From Octopus sinensis (lineage: Eukaryota), in assembly GCF_006345805.1 (NCBI RefSeq), contig NC_043008.1, positions 62,744,001 to 62,808,000 of the forward strand: DNA of 64,000 bases. Reading direction: 5' to 3'. Numbering within the stretch: the first letter of the stretch is position 1; each line of letters starts with the position of its first letter. The notes under the pieces are model-generated. The model was not told where the DNA came from and searched no databases. It saw only the letters and a list, made by a program, of their open reading frames with translations. The translations under genes were made by a program, and so were the position numbers. Positions 25,101 to 38,235 of the stretch are shown here, one piece after another.

Positions 25101-25584
25101 CTGATTGATGGTTTTCTGGTCAGCATATTACGTAGTTTCAAAATATGTGTTTGTGTATTTTTGTATGAACGGAGAGCAGGAAATGAATTGGGAAGCTTTG
25201 AGATGCATTTTATTGTTGAAACTATTATGTATTTTCTTTGTTATATTCGTGAGTAGTGTGGTGGTTGTGTGTAATGGTCTGAATTTATATTGTTATCTAC
25301 AAAATAGAGGGATGTATGAGCTGAAACCTATATGTGGTTGCTTAATGTATATGAATTTGCAGCTAAATTCTCCTTAAATATTACCCTACTGTCTTGAATT
25401 AGTAATGAACTTCTTGGATTTAATAGGTTCTTTTTTATCAGTAATTTATAAAAATGAATTCTTGATATGATTAACCTATGTATGTATTATAATTAATTTC
25501 TTGTAAAAGTCAATCAATGAATATTTTTAGTAAGGTTTTAATGCCCTACTTATCTTCAATATGCTTTTCACATTTTGGTGTCCG

Positions 25585-25850
25585 TGTTGGTGACACGCAA
25601 AAGCACCAACAGATCATGGCCGTTTGCCAGCCTCCCCTGGCCCCTGTGCTGGTGGCACGTAAAAAGCACCCACTACACTCATGGAGTGGTTGGCATTAGG
25701 AAAAGCATCCAGCTGTAGAAACACTGCCAGATCAGACTGGAGCCTGGTGCAGCCTCCTGGTTTCCCAGACCCTGGTCGAACCGTCCAACTCATGCTAGCA
25801 TGGAAAATGAACGTTACACGATGATGATGATAATGATGATGATGATGATG
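25585..25850 (+). mobile_element. SINE-like family C, (GAT)n tail
   Basis: ggcacgtaaaaagcaccc..ggcattaggaaaagcatccagctgtagaaac..cgttacacgatgatgat; copies at 32780, 35500 and 55085. Confidence 0.75.
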
Positions 25851-27509
25851 AGAAATATGTTAAGCATGTTTGCAGTAAAAACAACACTATTCTACCCTGA
25901 GATTATGCTTAGCTACTTTATAACAACTAGGATGATATGATAGTATATCGGTCGGTCTAATTGGTATTAGGAAATGAGATAATGCTACTGAAATGTAAGA
26001 CATGCAGAATAAAATTATAAAGTTCTTGTGAATATAGGTCATAATACATCTCTTTCTTTGATGGTTTTAGGCAATTAGCGATATCGTCTATCCTTGAAAC
26101 CTTGAAAGAATTGATTTACTTTCTACAAAGAATGATTTTGTCTGCTTCGCTTCTTCTTTCCTCTTTCTTTTCATCCTTTTCTTTCTTTTTTTTACTTATT
26201 TGCTTTTAAGTATAAACACATTTTAGGAAATATGTATAGACATTACCTAAGCATTATTTTAACCTACTATGTGTATTTTGTATTTTGCTGTGGGCATTAT
26301 ATTTAACATGGGTGTCGTTTTCAATTTATCAGTTTAAAACAAATCCTACTGTTTCTTTTGTACCGTTTCTTTGGGGCAAAATCAACAGAATTATGACATT
26401 GAAACAGAATATTCCATTGGTAATATGAAATACATCAATTTTTGCTGGAACTGGTAGAACATAAAATACAATTCCCCTGTTTCTATAAATTTTTACTTTA
26501 GGCCATACATGACCTTCAAACTATAAACGAGTCTTTCTTCTTGTCATAATGCTACTGTTATTACTAATTCTTTGCTTCTGTTACCATTCCTAATGTTTAC
26601 TTTTATTATTGACTTAGTGCTTGTTGTTAAGGTTAATCAATAAATGAATCATCTTGAAGATGATTAACATTGTATAAAGGGATTCATGTGTGAAAAGAAG
26701 CCTACCAGGCATTTCAAATTTAAAACGTAACTTGATTTTTCAAAATTCATATAAATCAAAAACAAATTTGTTAACGACAATAGTTAAAACAATTGCGAGT
26801 AATGTTTTCCTAAGGAAATGATGTTTAACAGAATTAAAATAAACATTGATAAAATACATTGGCATCAAGCTAATTGTGATAATATAAAATAGTTAAAATA
26901 AAGATTCTAATGTTAAAGTTACAGCAATATTTAGCCTCAATTAAAATTAATAATTTTTACACAAACAGGAAGAATTTAAGGTTTCAAACTTAATGCAATG
27001 ATGAGGCAACAGTATTCTGTGACTGACAAAGCAGCATCGTTCTGTGATAGTATGTTCAAATCAAGTTACATTGTCTATTGCACCTAAGAGCAAGACGTTA
27101 TTAATTCTGCTTGTTCCAGTTTACTTGGCAGTCATAAAACTGGATCCACTCCTACTGCATTGTTTTGTAGAGTGGTAGGAAGGGCCACAAGCTCTAAAAA
27201 CAATTTCATAACCTCCTACCAGAAAAGCAAAAAAAAAAAAAAATCAATCAAAACTATGCAAGCCTGGCAAATTGGATATAAAACAATATAATAGGAAGCA
27301 GAGATGTACCATGCTTGGAGACACAGAGTTGTGATGCTAAGTGATATTTGATATAATGGTAGCACATAATAGAAAAACTCCCGCCTCTGTTTCTCAACTC
27401 ATTTTAACGATAATAACCTACATTCACACGTACAGATACCTATATCTTTATTCTGAGTTCTAATATATGCAAAATATTACAAAAGAATCAAACAATTATT
27501 ATTTTCTTC

Positions 27510-28216
27510 TCTAGGCACAAGGCTCGAAATTTTGGGGAGGGAGCCAGTCAATTAGATCAACCCCAGTATGCAACTGGTACTTAGGAATTACAACCGTGTT
27601 TCATGGTCTGCTACCACAACAGCTCCTTTATAGGATCCAGTTAGCTCAAGACATCATCAGGAGGAACCACATCTGGTTTCGGCCCCTACTCCTCTACCGT
27701 TTTGACGTGGCGGGGCCCCCCTTTTCAGAGGTCTCTTCAGCTCTGGTGTTGGGTGCATGTCTTCTTCCTTCTTCTTTCTTCTGTTCCCTGGCCTCTTTGA
27801 TGTATCGTCAGCGAGTGTCAGCTGGTGACTGACTAACTCGTCAAATTTTTCCTTTTCAATACCTGCCACTAGGCTCCAGCAGGCAGCCCCAGCAAGTTGT
27901 CATGTGACACTGTCTCACCTTAACTGACTTGTGAAGGCATGTAGTTTTAGCCCGCGCATTCTCTAAATGACTGTCACCAGTCAGCCAGCAAAGCTGATAC
28001 AGTGTCAGCTTGTCTCACCTAATGACGTTATTTCCCGCTGGCATGTTATGACTTTCAAGCCATTTTCAGTCTTCCCGCTTCAGCCATATATAGAAGCTTA
28101 ATTTATCGACCCCGAAAGGATGATAGGCAAAGTCGACCAAGGTGGAATTTGAACTCAGAACACTAAGATTACATTGTCATTGTAATCACCATCATTGTCA
28201 TCATAATCACCGTCAG

Positions 28217-28261
<45 letters not shown>

Positions 28262-28335
28262 TTTCATAATCATCAGAGAAAATACTGCTAAGCATTTCAC
28301 CCAGCATGCTAAAATTTCTGCCAGCTCGCTGCCTT
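27510..28335 (-). mobile_element. SINE family B split by a 513-bp insertion and an (ATC)n expansion
   Basis: ggtactta|...|atttatcgacccc rejoins across 27584-28096; (ATC)n at about 28150-28275. Confidence 0.85.
27584..28096 (-). mobile_element. Unclassified 513-bp insertion, 4-bp TSD (ctta), two tandem HHR-like cores
   Basis: TSD at 27580-27583 and 28097-28100; minus-strand CTGAAGA..GAAA (27740-27677) and CTGATGA..GAAA (27660-27599). Confidence 0.65.
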
Positions 28336-28511
28336 GAATCAAACAAATATTACTGCTGACAATCGAAAGTAGAACTGAAATAATTGTTGGATGCCTTTAC
28401 TACGATCACATTGAAGAAATTAAGCCACAATTTCAGAACTGCACTGCTTTCTTCACTTTACTATGGTGGTGGTGGTGGTATAAGAAGGTACCCCAAACAT
28501 TTTACACTTAA

Positions 28512-29145
28512 CCATTTAACATTTAAACTGGCCATATCCGGCCCAAATATTCTTTCTGTATTATGTACAAACCAGCTAAATCTGACTTCTCCCACCTGTC
28601 TTACAATGTCATTCTAAAAATAAACAATCATGGGCGCAGGAGTGGCTGTGTGGTAAGTAGCTTGTTTACCAACCACGTGGTTCTGGGTTCAGTCCCACTG
28701 CGTGGCACCTTGGGCAAGTGTCTTCTACTATAGCCTCGGGCCGACCAAAGCTTTGTGAGTGGATTTGGTAGACGGAAACTGAAAGAAGCCCGTCGTATAT
28801 ATGTATATATATATGTTTGTGTGTGTGTTTGTGTGTCTGTATTTGTCCCCCTAGCATTGCTTGACAACCGATGCTGGTGTGTTTATGTCCCCGTTACTTA
28901 ATGATTCGGCAAAAAGAGACCGATAGAATAAGTACTGGGCTTACAAAGAATAAGTCCTGGGGTCGAGTTGCTCGATTAAAGGCGGTGCACCAGCATGGCC
29001 ACAGTCAAATGACTGAAACAAGTAAAAGAGTAAAAGAGTAATCAAATCATAGAAATCTCAAAGCTACAAGATAATGCATGATTAATTTGAAACAATATGA
29101 ATGAACAAGCATTACATTTGACAGTAAAATTCGAATGCTAATGAG
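28512..29145. mobile_element. TTAA-flanked MITE interrupted by SINE A
   Basis: ttaa at 28508-28511 and 29146-29149; homologous to the 683-1322 units. Confidence 0.75.
28631..29039 (+). mobile_element. SINE family A, full length, TSD aatca
   Basis: TSD at 28626-28630 and 29040-29044. Confidence 0.9.
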
Positions 29146-29253
29146 TTAAACTTCTAAATCAACCATTTCCTGTAGATGTCCATTTTCCTTAAACCTGTCC
29201 TTTTCGGCACTGCATTTTATTTATCTATTTATTTATTTCTACACAGATGCATA

Positions 29254-29762
29254 CTGTAAATCCTTGAGTGTAGTCCGCTCTTGAGTATAATACGCAGGGG
29301 ATTTTTAGGGGGCTGTACCTATGAAAAACCTAAACCTTGTGTATAATACACACCCCTTCTCTAACTTGAGTCAAGGAGGTCTATATAACGTCCTTGGTTT
29401 CTAAAACTGTATACGGTAACATCCTTTATTATTATTGTATATATAACATAATGCAAACGTGTAGCTTTTTTGTGCATTTTGTTTGCAGAAAATAAAGAAA
29501 TAACAGTAATAACGTTTAATAAATGTTGCTTACTGCAAGTTATGGATTCTTTTATGACTTCATTGCTTTCAGGCTTAGCTTAAGGTATTTTCGCACCTGA
29601 CATCAGAAAATACATCTGAATAAACATTGCCAGACAGCAAATAGAGACTTGGACATTGCTTAGAAAATAATTTTCATTTTTAACCTCGTATGTAGTACGC
29701 ACTAGGGATTTTGACCTTTAACTTTTGGGGAAAAAATGCGGATTATACTCAAGGATTTACGG
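29254..29762. mobile_element. Tc1/pogo-type MITE, ~25-bp TIRs, TA TSD
   Basis: TA|ctgtaaatccttgagtgtagtccgc ... gcggattatactcaaggatttacgg|TA. Confidence 0.85.
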
Positions 29763-30814
29763 TAATTATCTTTGCTAGTTTTACTTCTGGGTTCTTATCC
29801 AGATTCACTTTCTGCTAATAGAACAGATAATAGTCAATGTTTTTGTTGTTTAGCCCTTGGTAAACCTTGATCGGTAAACCTCTAATTAGAAATATAAAAG
29901 CTGTGAATATCTCAAATACTTTGAAGGCATTCTAGTAAAGTGGGATTTACTATAAAGTCTTCTGTTGAAAGACATTAAATTAATGTGGTAAGCCAACAAA
30001 TTTTTAATTTCCCTTAATGACTAGAACAATCATTTTCTAACTGATTAATTCTGGTAAAAGAAAAAGGCATGCAAAAATAAGCCTGAAATTTTAATTAATG
30101 AAAATTAATTATCTATGGAAAGCAGAGTGGAAAGAATTTGGCTGTTAGCAATTTAAGGCACAATTTATCAAGAACTATATCATCAAGTTTGTTCTTCCTT
30201 TGTTCAAGAATATATAATTAAATTTGCCAGGTTTTAGTTGTTATTTTTCAGCATCCTTCATTGACGAGACCAAGAAAGGTGGAAATCATGTGATCTGGTG
30301 GTCTCAGTGCTGGCAATGGCTGGGATTTATTCCCCTCCCACAAGCGATATAAACACAAGTGCATTTTGCTCCAAAAGCCTATATAAGAGTTTCTCTTGAG
30401 CTATCCACTGCAGTATAGCTTGTTCTAACAGTACTTCCATGTTTAAGCAGGATATTATCTCTTGCTCACAAAAATATATGAAAGCTTACAAAAATCCTAC
30501 ACAAGAGGAAACAATTGATGGTCTATCTTAATTGTGTTCTGATTTTTAAGGAAAACCATGTAAGTGAACCTGGAGTACTTATATAGAATTTAGCCATTGC
30601 CTGGGTTTGAGTCCATATGAACAAAAAAACACGAACAGAAAAGTGCTCTGACTGTATCAAAAGATGTTGAACTAAAAGATGTAGAATGATGCAATGCAAG
30701 ACAATATGAAGATGACATTTTTTTCAGTTTTCTTTTCAATGAATCTCAAGTAGCTTTTTAATCCTGTGAAATTGGACTTGCATAGAACACATTGCTGTAA
30801 ATATACTAGCATTA

Positions 30815-31030
30815 GGTAGCATGGTGGTGGAGTTATTAGCATGCTGGATGGAATGCTTAGTGGTATTTCACCCATCAATAAGTTCTGAGTTCAAATTTTG
30901 CCAAAGTCGATTTTGCCTTTCATCCTTTTGAGGTTGATAAATTAAGTACCAGTGAAACACTTGGGTCGATGTAATCATCTATTTCACTCCACCAAATTTC
31001 AGGCTATGTGCCTACTGTAGAAAGGATATT
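30815..31030 (+). mobile_element. SINE family B, degraded
   Basis: Core ttgcctttcatccttttgaggttgataaattaagtaccag. Confidence 0.75.
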
Positions 31031-31044
31031 ACAGAAAAAGATGA

Positions 31045-31240
31045 CTATTGAAAAGGTTGCAAGATGCAACGAAAATTTTAGGAAAATAAAATTAAAATAT
31101 AAGTGGAAATTTTACCGGTGAGTGTGTTAATTATAAGGCACAAAAAGAAAATTACTCTCCCCAGACACAACAGAATATGCTTCAACACACAAACTCATAT
31201 AAAGAATCTTGCAAACCAAATCCAAAAACGAAATCTAACT
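31045..31240. repeat. Second, inverted copy of the 9815-10012 repeat
   Basis: Direct comparison. Confidence 0.7.
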
Positions 31241-31419
31241 GTGTTATGGTTATCTCTGCAGATTATCTCTCCATGGTACACAATATTGACTTATAAAAAC
31301 TGTTTAATAGGCCTTGTAGTATATTATGTTGATGTAACGAAATACTGTGTCCCTGCGTGTATCTGTAGGAATGAACTTGACAAAATCATCAATCTGCTTA
31401 ATAATGAGGCTTCTTTGTC

Positions 31420-32062
31420 AGTTTTATCCTCATTTTCATTATCACTATCATCATCCTTGCTACCCACATCATCATCATAACCATTACCACACAACCAAAC
31501 TCTGCAACCACAGCCACCCACCACAACCACCCACAACCATCACTACTATTAATGCTATCACTGCAATCATTGTCATCATAATCACCATCATCATGAGTCA
31601 TCATCATCATCATCATCATCGTCACCCTCATCATAATCATCATCATTTTCATCTTCATCATCGTCATTATTGCCATCATCATGTCATCACTATTGTAGTC
31701 ATCATCATCATCATCATCATTGTTGTCGCCATCATAATCATCATCATCTTTGACATTGTCATCACGAACAAGATGATGATGCTGTTGATGATGATCATCA
31801 TCTCGTCAACGTCATCATCGTCATTATCATCATTGTTATCATCGTCATCATCACCACTACCATCATCATCTTCATCATCGTCATCGTCATCATGATTGTC
31901 ATTGTCATCATCAACATCTTTATCATCATCATTGTTGTCATTGCAATTACCATCATTGTCATCATCGTCATCATCACAACCACCACCATTATCCTCATCG
32001 TCACCCTCACCACCATCATCGCCATCGTCATCATCATCATCATCAATACCATCACCATCATC
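31420..32062. repeat. Cryptic (ATC/GTC/ACC)n trinucleotide tract
   Basis: Seen directly; source of poly-His/Ile/Ser/Met pseudo-ORFs. Confidence 0.95.
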
Positions 32063-32779
32063 CGTTAAAAGAAAGGAAAATTGATATGATTAATTGCATG
32101 GTGATTATCAATGAATTTTTGTTGTGTGTTTTTATTAAAATTTTTGAAGTAGATTTTGTTTATGCTATTAGCGTAGCGTGAAAAATGGATATAGTTTTAT
32201 ATCGTCGTTTCCCTTTGAAATCAATAGCATCGATGTTTGAGAAACCAAATAGAAAACAGTCAACTAATTAACTTTATTATTATATAAAAATTATTAAAAA
32301 CAATAAGAAAAGAAATGCTTTGACAACGTCTTAATCTTTGTGTTGAATGGATTCCTCTTACTGAAAATATTTAGTAAATAATGAGGTAAAGGTAGTTTAT
32401 CTTCTATATACTTTACTTCGTTTGCTATCTGTGAATTTGCATGAAAGAAAATTAAATACAGGAGATTAAAGTCTTTATAAATATTTCAGTTGTATTCTTG
32501 CAATATTTCTGTTGTTTGATATAAACTTACACTCAAGCATATTATAGGTTTAGAAAAATATTACATACATAATTTAGAATTTATTTTGCTATTGTGAGAA
32601 TTGATCTATTCCCTGTTTTGCAATACAACAGAAGTCAACTGTGTCTCCTTGCCTTTCCTCATTGTCAATGGTGTTTCTGACATTCCATCCATAACTTCTC
32701 AGATGAGGTGTGTGTGTGTATGATAGAGAAGGTATATGTGTAGGAGACCTATTGAGTCAAGTACATCAACATCAAAATA

Positions 32780-33085
32780 AATATCAAATGGAAATTGTAG
32801 TCGTGATACCTGTGCCAGTGACACGTAAAAAGCACCATCTGAACGTGACTGATCCCAGTGCCACCTTGACTGGCTTCCGCACTGGTGGCACGTAAAAAGC
32901 ACCAACTGATTGTGGCCACTACCAGCCTCCCCTGGCACCTGTACCAGTAGCACGTAAAAAGCACCTTCTACACTCTTGGAGTAGTTGGCGTTAGGAAGGG
33001 CATCCAGCTGTAGAAACACTTCCAGATCATACTGGAGCCTGGACACTAAACGACGACGACGATGATGATGATGATGATGATGATA
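32780..33085 (+). mobile_element. SINE-like family C with internal repeats
   Basis: Three cacgtaaaaagcacc units, aggaagggcatccagctgtagaaac and a (GAT)n tail. Confidence 0.75.
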
Positions 33086-33088
33086 CAT

Positions 33089-34370
33089 TTACAAGAGTTA
33101 GCTGAAAAATTCATAGGCTGACCAAGATGCTCTCATGGAATGAATGTGACCAAATGAGGTTTATTTTTTCATCATAGTCCTCTTTGTGGCCTGCATACTT
33201 CTTCCATTGCTGTTGCAATGCTTGACTCCCATTCGTGAATAAGATTTCGTCCTCTTGGTAAAAAAAAAGTCATCTACAGCAGATATGACATCATCATCAC
33301 TGTGAAACTGCATCCTAGTCAAATGTTTTCCCTGTTGGGGGACAGATGATAGTTAGATTGAGCCAAATCAGAAGAATAGGGAGGCCAATCAACCAGTGTA
33401 AAGCAACAGTCATGTACAACAATCATTGAAAGCAAACACTTGTGTGTTACAGAACTGTTTTGATGAAGCAAAAGCTCTTGTGCCAGTTTTCTTGCCAGCT
33501 TTGTTCTTGATAGACTTTCATAACTGCCTCAGCAAGTTGGCCTTGTACTCTCCATTGATGGAGTGGCCCCTTTGATGATAGTCAATAAACACAAACTTTT
33601 GCATCACAAAAAACAAAGGCCATCACCTCTTCTGCTGATGAAAGATCCTTGACATCTTTTTTGGAACAGGTGAGGAGGTATGTATCCACATTGTTTCATT
33701 GTCTTTGGCTCAAAGTGATGAACCTAACATTCATCCCGAGTTAGAAATCATTTAAGGAAACCAGCTGGATCTGCCTCAAACAATGTCAGATTTTCCTATG
33801 ATGTGAACAGCCCGGTGTACTTTTGATCAGGTGTCAGAAGACGTGGCACCCACTGAGCAGAAACCATCATGATGCCAAGTTCAATTGAGTAGAATATTCT
33901 CGACTCTCTCACAAGATTTGCTAACCACATTAGTTATTTGATTTATAGTCAGTTACCTTGTCATTCCACACCATATGTTGAACACAATAAATGTTTAATT
34001 TAGAGATGGCAGATGCAGAATAACCAGCCCTTGGGGTTTTTTCAAGACTCACCCTTTCCCTCCATAATTCAGCTGTCCACTTTGCATTGTTGATAAAGCT
34101 GGACCCTCATCCCCTAATAGAGCAACTATGTCAGCATGAATTTCCTTCAACCCTTTTTCTGCAGATAATTCATAACAGCACAATGCCAAATTTTGTCCAT
34201 CTTCAAGAAAGGTCACTGATAGTTAATTATGAAGTTTACAGGATATCAGTTTACCTGGAAACAAACAATGCATTTGTTAATAAGAAATGTTTAAATTAAA
34301 GAGTGTGAAATTTCACAGCTCTAGCCTCAATCATTCTTAATCAGCAAATGAACTTTACAGACCACCATCG
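33089..34370 (-). mobile_element. Full-length decayed mariner transposon
   Basis: ATG at 34200: MDKIWHCAVMNYLQKKG..; PYSSDLAQSNY; ..FHSDDDVISAVDDFF..DYDEK. Degenerate TIRs at both ends; many stops. Confidence 0.8.
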
Positions 34371-34499
34371 TTTGTGTCTATGTGTGTCTGTGAGTCTGTG
34401 TATGTATGTGTGTGCACGTATGTGCATGCGTATAGGTATGTATGTGTGTGTGTGCACTTGTGTGCATGCATGTAGGTATGTATGTGTGTGTGTGTTAGG

Positions 34500-35400
34500 T
34501 GTGGAATCCAGGTCCAGAATCGAAGGGCCTTAGAGTTAACCTAGCAAAACCAAAGTCTTAGTAAGTAGGAAGGCAAACAAATCACAAATCCCTTCAGGTA
34601 GATGGCCCTGCTCAATCTGTAGAAAAGGAGTAGGTAGAAACAAAATAAGATGTATCCAGTGTAAGCTATGGACACATAAGAGATGCAGCAATATTGAAGG
34701 AAGGTTAACTGGGAAGATAGAGTTTTGTGTTTGGCAAATGCTCAGGGGCAATAAACACTGAAAAATGTACAGAAAACAGTTTCTGATATATGCCAGAGGG
34801 TAAAACTAGAAGTAGTTGATAGCTTCCATTACCTAGGTGACCAAGTTAGTAGCAGGGGTGGATGCTATGAGCATGTAGCTGCTAGAATAAAAATAGCCTG
34901 GGCAAAGTTCAGAGCACTCCTACCTCCGCTGGTGACAAAGGGCCTCTTGCTCAGAGTGAAAGGTAGACTGTACAATGCATGTGTGTGGACAGCCATACTA
35001 CACGGCAGTGAAACATGGGCCGTGACTGCTGAGGACGTGTATAAACTTGCAAGAAATGAATCTAGTAAGCTCCACTGGATGTGTAATGTCAGTGTACATA
35101 GACAACAGAGTGCAAGCATCCTGAGAGAAAAGTTGGACATGAGAAGCATCAGATGTGGTGTGCAAGAGAGACAACTGCGCTGGTATGGTCATGTGTTGCT
35201 TATGGTTGAAGACAGCTGTGTGAAAAAGTATTACACCCTAGCAGTAGAGGGAACCTATAGAAGAGGTAGACCCAAGAAGACCTGGGATGAGGTAAAGCAT
35301 GACCTTTGAAAGCTGGGCCTCACGGAGGCAATAACAAGCGACCAAGACCTTTGGAGAGATGCTGTGCTTGAGAAGACCCAGCAAGCCAAGTGAGACCATA
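34500..35400 (+). pseudogene. 5'-truncated RTE-clade LINE (RT thumb with Cys/His finger, C-terminus)
   Basis: ESKGLRVNL..WPCSICRKGVG..CIQCKLWTHKRC..FHYLGDQ..RIKIAWAKFR..LHGSETW..LRWYGHV..GRPKKTW. Confidence 0.9.
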
Positions 35401-35499
35401 ACCATGGCCTATGCCAGTGCAACATAACCGGCCCATTTAAAAGTACCTTCTAATCAGAAACTGTGCTTGTGAAGACCTGCTGAGTCAAGTGAAGTTATT

Positions 35500-35844
35500 G
35501 TCATGGCCGATGCCAGTACTGCCTGACTGGCACCCATGCCAGTGGCATGTAAAAGGCACCATTCAAATGTGCCGCTTGACTGGTTCCATGCTGGCGACAT
35601 GTAAAAAGCACCATTCAAGCATGGTTGATGCTAGTACTACCTGACTAGCCCTCATGCTGGTGGCACGTAAAAAGCACCCACTACACTCTCAGAATTGTTG
35701 GCATTAGGAAGAGCATCCAGCTGTAGAAACTTTGCCAGATGAAATTGGAGCCCGATACAGGCTTCTGGCTTGCCTGTTCGCAGTCAAACCGTCCAACCCA
35801 TGCCGGCATGGAAAATGGATGTTAAATGACGATGATGATAATGA

Positions 35845-35845
<1 letters not shown>
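35500..35845 (+). mobile_element. SINE-like family C
   Basis: As 25585; several ggcacgtaaaaagcacc-like units. Confidence 0.75.
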
Positions 35846-35898
<53 letters not shown>

Positions 35899-36349
35899 TA
35901 TGTATGTATGTATGTGTGTGTGTGTGTGTGTCTGTGTGCTTGTGCGTGTGTGTGTGTATGTATAAAATATGCATACATACATACAAGCATACATATTTAT
36001 GAGTAAATATTTTTATAAAATTATATATATATATACTAACATATATATACATGTTAGTATATATATGTGTGTGTTTGTGAGTGCAAGTTTGTATGTATGT
36101 ATGGGTATGTGTGTGTGACTGTGTCTCCTGTCATGACATTGCATGCTATTTCTAAATTTCATCATCACAGAAGTTATAATGTTCATCTTGTACAAGCATC
36201 TTAGAGAAACATATCCTGCCTTTGTGTCGTTTCATGTTCAAAACTGGTGAAATGTTACCAGGTTCTGAAGCAGGTGGGGGTTGCTGAAAGGAATCCCCAC
36301 TGAATTATCCGTGTAACTCGAGTGAGCAAGGGTAAGGAGATAAGGAAAC

Positions 36350-36626
36350 TAAAATGATAGTGAAGATGATGATGATGATGCTGACAGCAGCAATGATGAT
36401 GATGATGATGATGATGATGAGGATGAGGATGAGGATGATGATGCTGGTGCTGGTGGTAGAGGTGGTGGAGGTGTTATTTTATGCAGGTATGCAATCATCA
36501 CCATCATATTGATGTTCTCGCCATCATCATCATCATCATCAACTTCGTCGCTGTCATCATCATCATCATCGTCATCATCATCATCATCAGCATTGCCATC
36601 AGCAGCAGCAGCATAGTCACTCTCAG

Positions 36627-36671
<45 letters not shown>

Positions 36672-36920
36672 GGTTGTTATTAATATCATCATCACCATCA
36701 TTATCATTGTTGTCGTCATCATCATCATTGCCATCATCATCATCAGCATAGTCACTGTCATCATCATCATCGTCATCACCATTATCATCACAGTCGTCAT
36801 CAACATCATCATCATTGTCGTCGTCGTCGTTGTCGTTGTCACTGTAATAAACCATCATCGTCATCATCCTTGTCGTCATCGTTGTTGTAATCACCACCAT
36901 CATCATCATCAACATCATTG
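36350..36920. repeat. Cryptic (GAT)n then (ATC)n tract
   Basis: Seen directly; orientation switches near 36480. Confidence 0.95.
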
Positions 36921-37371
36921 CAGGTCAAATGCAAATCCCAGCTTGTTGCTGATATGTGAGTATGATAATCAAAAAACTGCAATATGAAAAGGGTTCTAGG
37001 GAACAACTATACAGCATCATTCCTCATATGAGTAAACAAGGGATCCATGATTTGTGATATTTGTTCAAGCTCTTTTTATTCTGAGATCAAATCCCATTGA
37101 AGTCAACGTTGCATTTCATTCCATAGGGAGGCAATAAAGTATACAATTGGTCAATTCCCTTTAAAAATTGCTAGTCTTGTGCCTTTATTTGTTTCAAGTT
37201 TTACAACAAGGCCAGCAAATTCAGAAGCAGGATTAAGCTGATCATATTGACACTGGTTCTCAAAGGGTAGTTATTTTATTGACCCCTAAACAATGACAGG
37301 CAAAGTCAGTCTTGGTAGAATTTGAACTCAGAACGTAAATACAGTTCTATATTTAAGAGATGAAGAATTAT

Positions 37372-37677
37372 GTACATTATTTACATTATCTACATTTGAG
37401 TGATATTCGTCCTCATCTTGTTTGTTGTTAATACAATGTTTCGGCTGATATACCCTCCAGCTTTCATCTGGTGTCTTGGGGAAATTTCAAACCTGGGTTC
37501 TCATTCCTTAGGTACTTTTCGATGTTGTTGTTGTTGTTATTATTATAATTATTATTATTATTATTATTATTCAGGTCACTGCCTGAATCGAACTTGGAAT
37601 CTTGGTGTTAGCAGCCTGCACTCTTAAACCCAAGATTCCGAGTTCAATTCTAAGGAGTGAGCTGAATAATAGTAAGG

Positions 37678-37729
<52 letters not shown>

Positions 37730-37882
37730 CATAAAAAAATACCTTAGGAATGAGAACTCAGGTTCGAAATTTCCCCCAAGACACCTGATGAAGGCTGGAG
37801 GGTATATCAGCTGAAACGTTGTGTTAACAACTAACAAGATGAGGACAAATATCTGTCAAATGTAAATAATGTAAATAATGTT
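37372..37882. mobile_element. Head-to-head inverted pair of a tRNA-head/(TAA)n/HHR-tail element
   Basis: 37372-37620 is the reverse complement of about 37630-37882; the arms are joined within the tRNA-like head. Confidence 0.8.
37778..37825 (+). ncRNA. Putative minimal type I hammerhead ribozyme
   Basis: gacac-CTGATGA-aggctg(gagggtatat)cagct-GAAA-cg-TT-gtgtt; palindromic ACGT stem III. Confidence 0.6.
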
Positions 37883-38013
37883 CAGAACGTAAAATCAGGT
37901 AAAAGCCTGCTGCCTTTGTCTTGTGCCTATATTAGAAATGAGAAACTATGGGCAACCAGACACTGAACTGTCTGGATCTATGCTAAAATAACAAAAAGTG
38001 TGAACAATGTTAA

Positions 38014-38235
38014 CCCTTTTGATACCAACCCAGCTGAAACATCCTTTGGCTCTGTTGTACAAAGGTTTTGTCTTCATAGGCTCTGAATTAAAATCTTCCA
38101 GGAGACCTTAGTCACAATTTATGTTCCTAACACTAGCTTAATGGTAACAAAGTTATTTTAATAACTTCTTTGTTATATTTAAAATTAATTGAAAGAAACA
38201 AAGAGCTTCTCAAAATAAATACGGTAACGAAAGGG
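38014..38235. mobile_element. piggyBac-like MITE
   Basis: TTAA|cccttttgatacc ... ggtaacgaaaggg|TTAA. Confidence 0.8.

Noticed and set aside
27657-27869. 70-aa ORF MAGIEKEKF..
   Set aside because: Short, no recognisable domain, and inside a mobile insertion overlapping RNA-structure motifs.
30230-30470. Open frames on both strands in unique DNA
   Set aside because: Weak splice sites and no recognisable homology.
31324-36987. Poly-His/Asp/Ser/Met/Ile ORFs
   Set aside because: Cryptic (ATC)n tracts are open in most frames and lack splice context; the same applies at 57329-57718 and 62547-62925.
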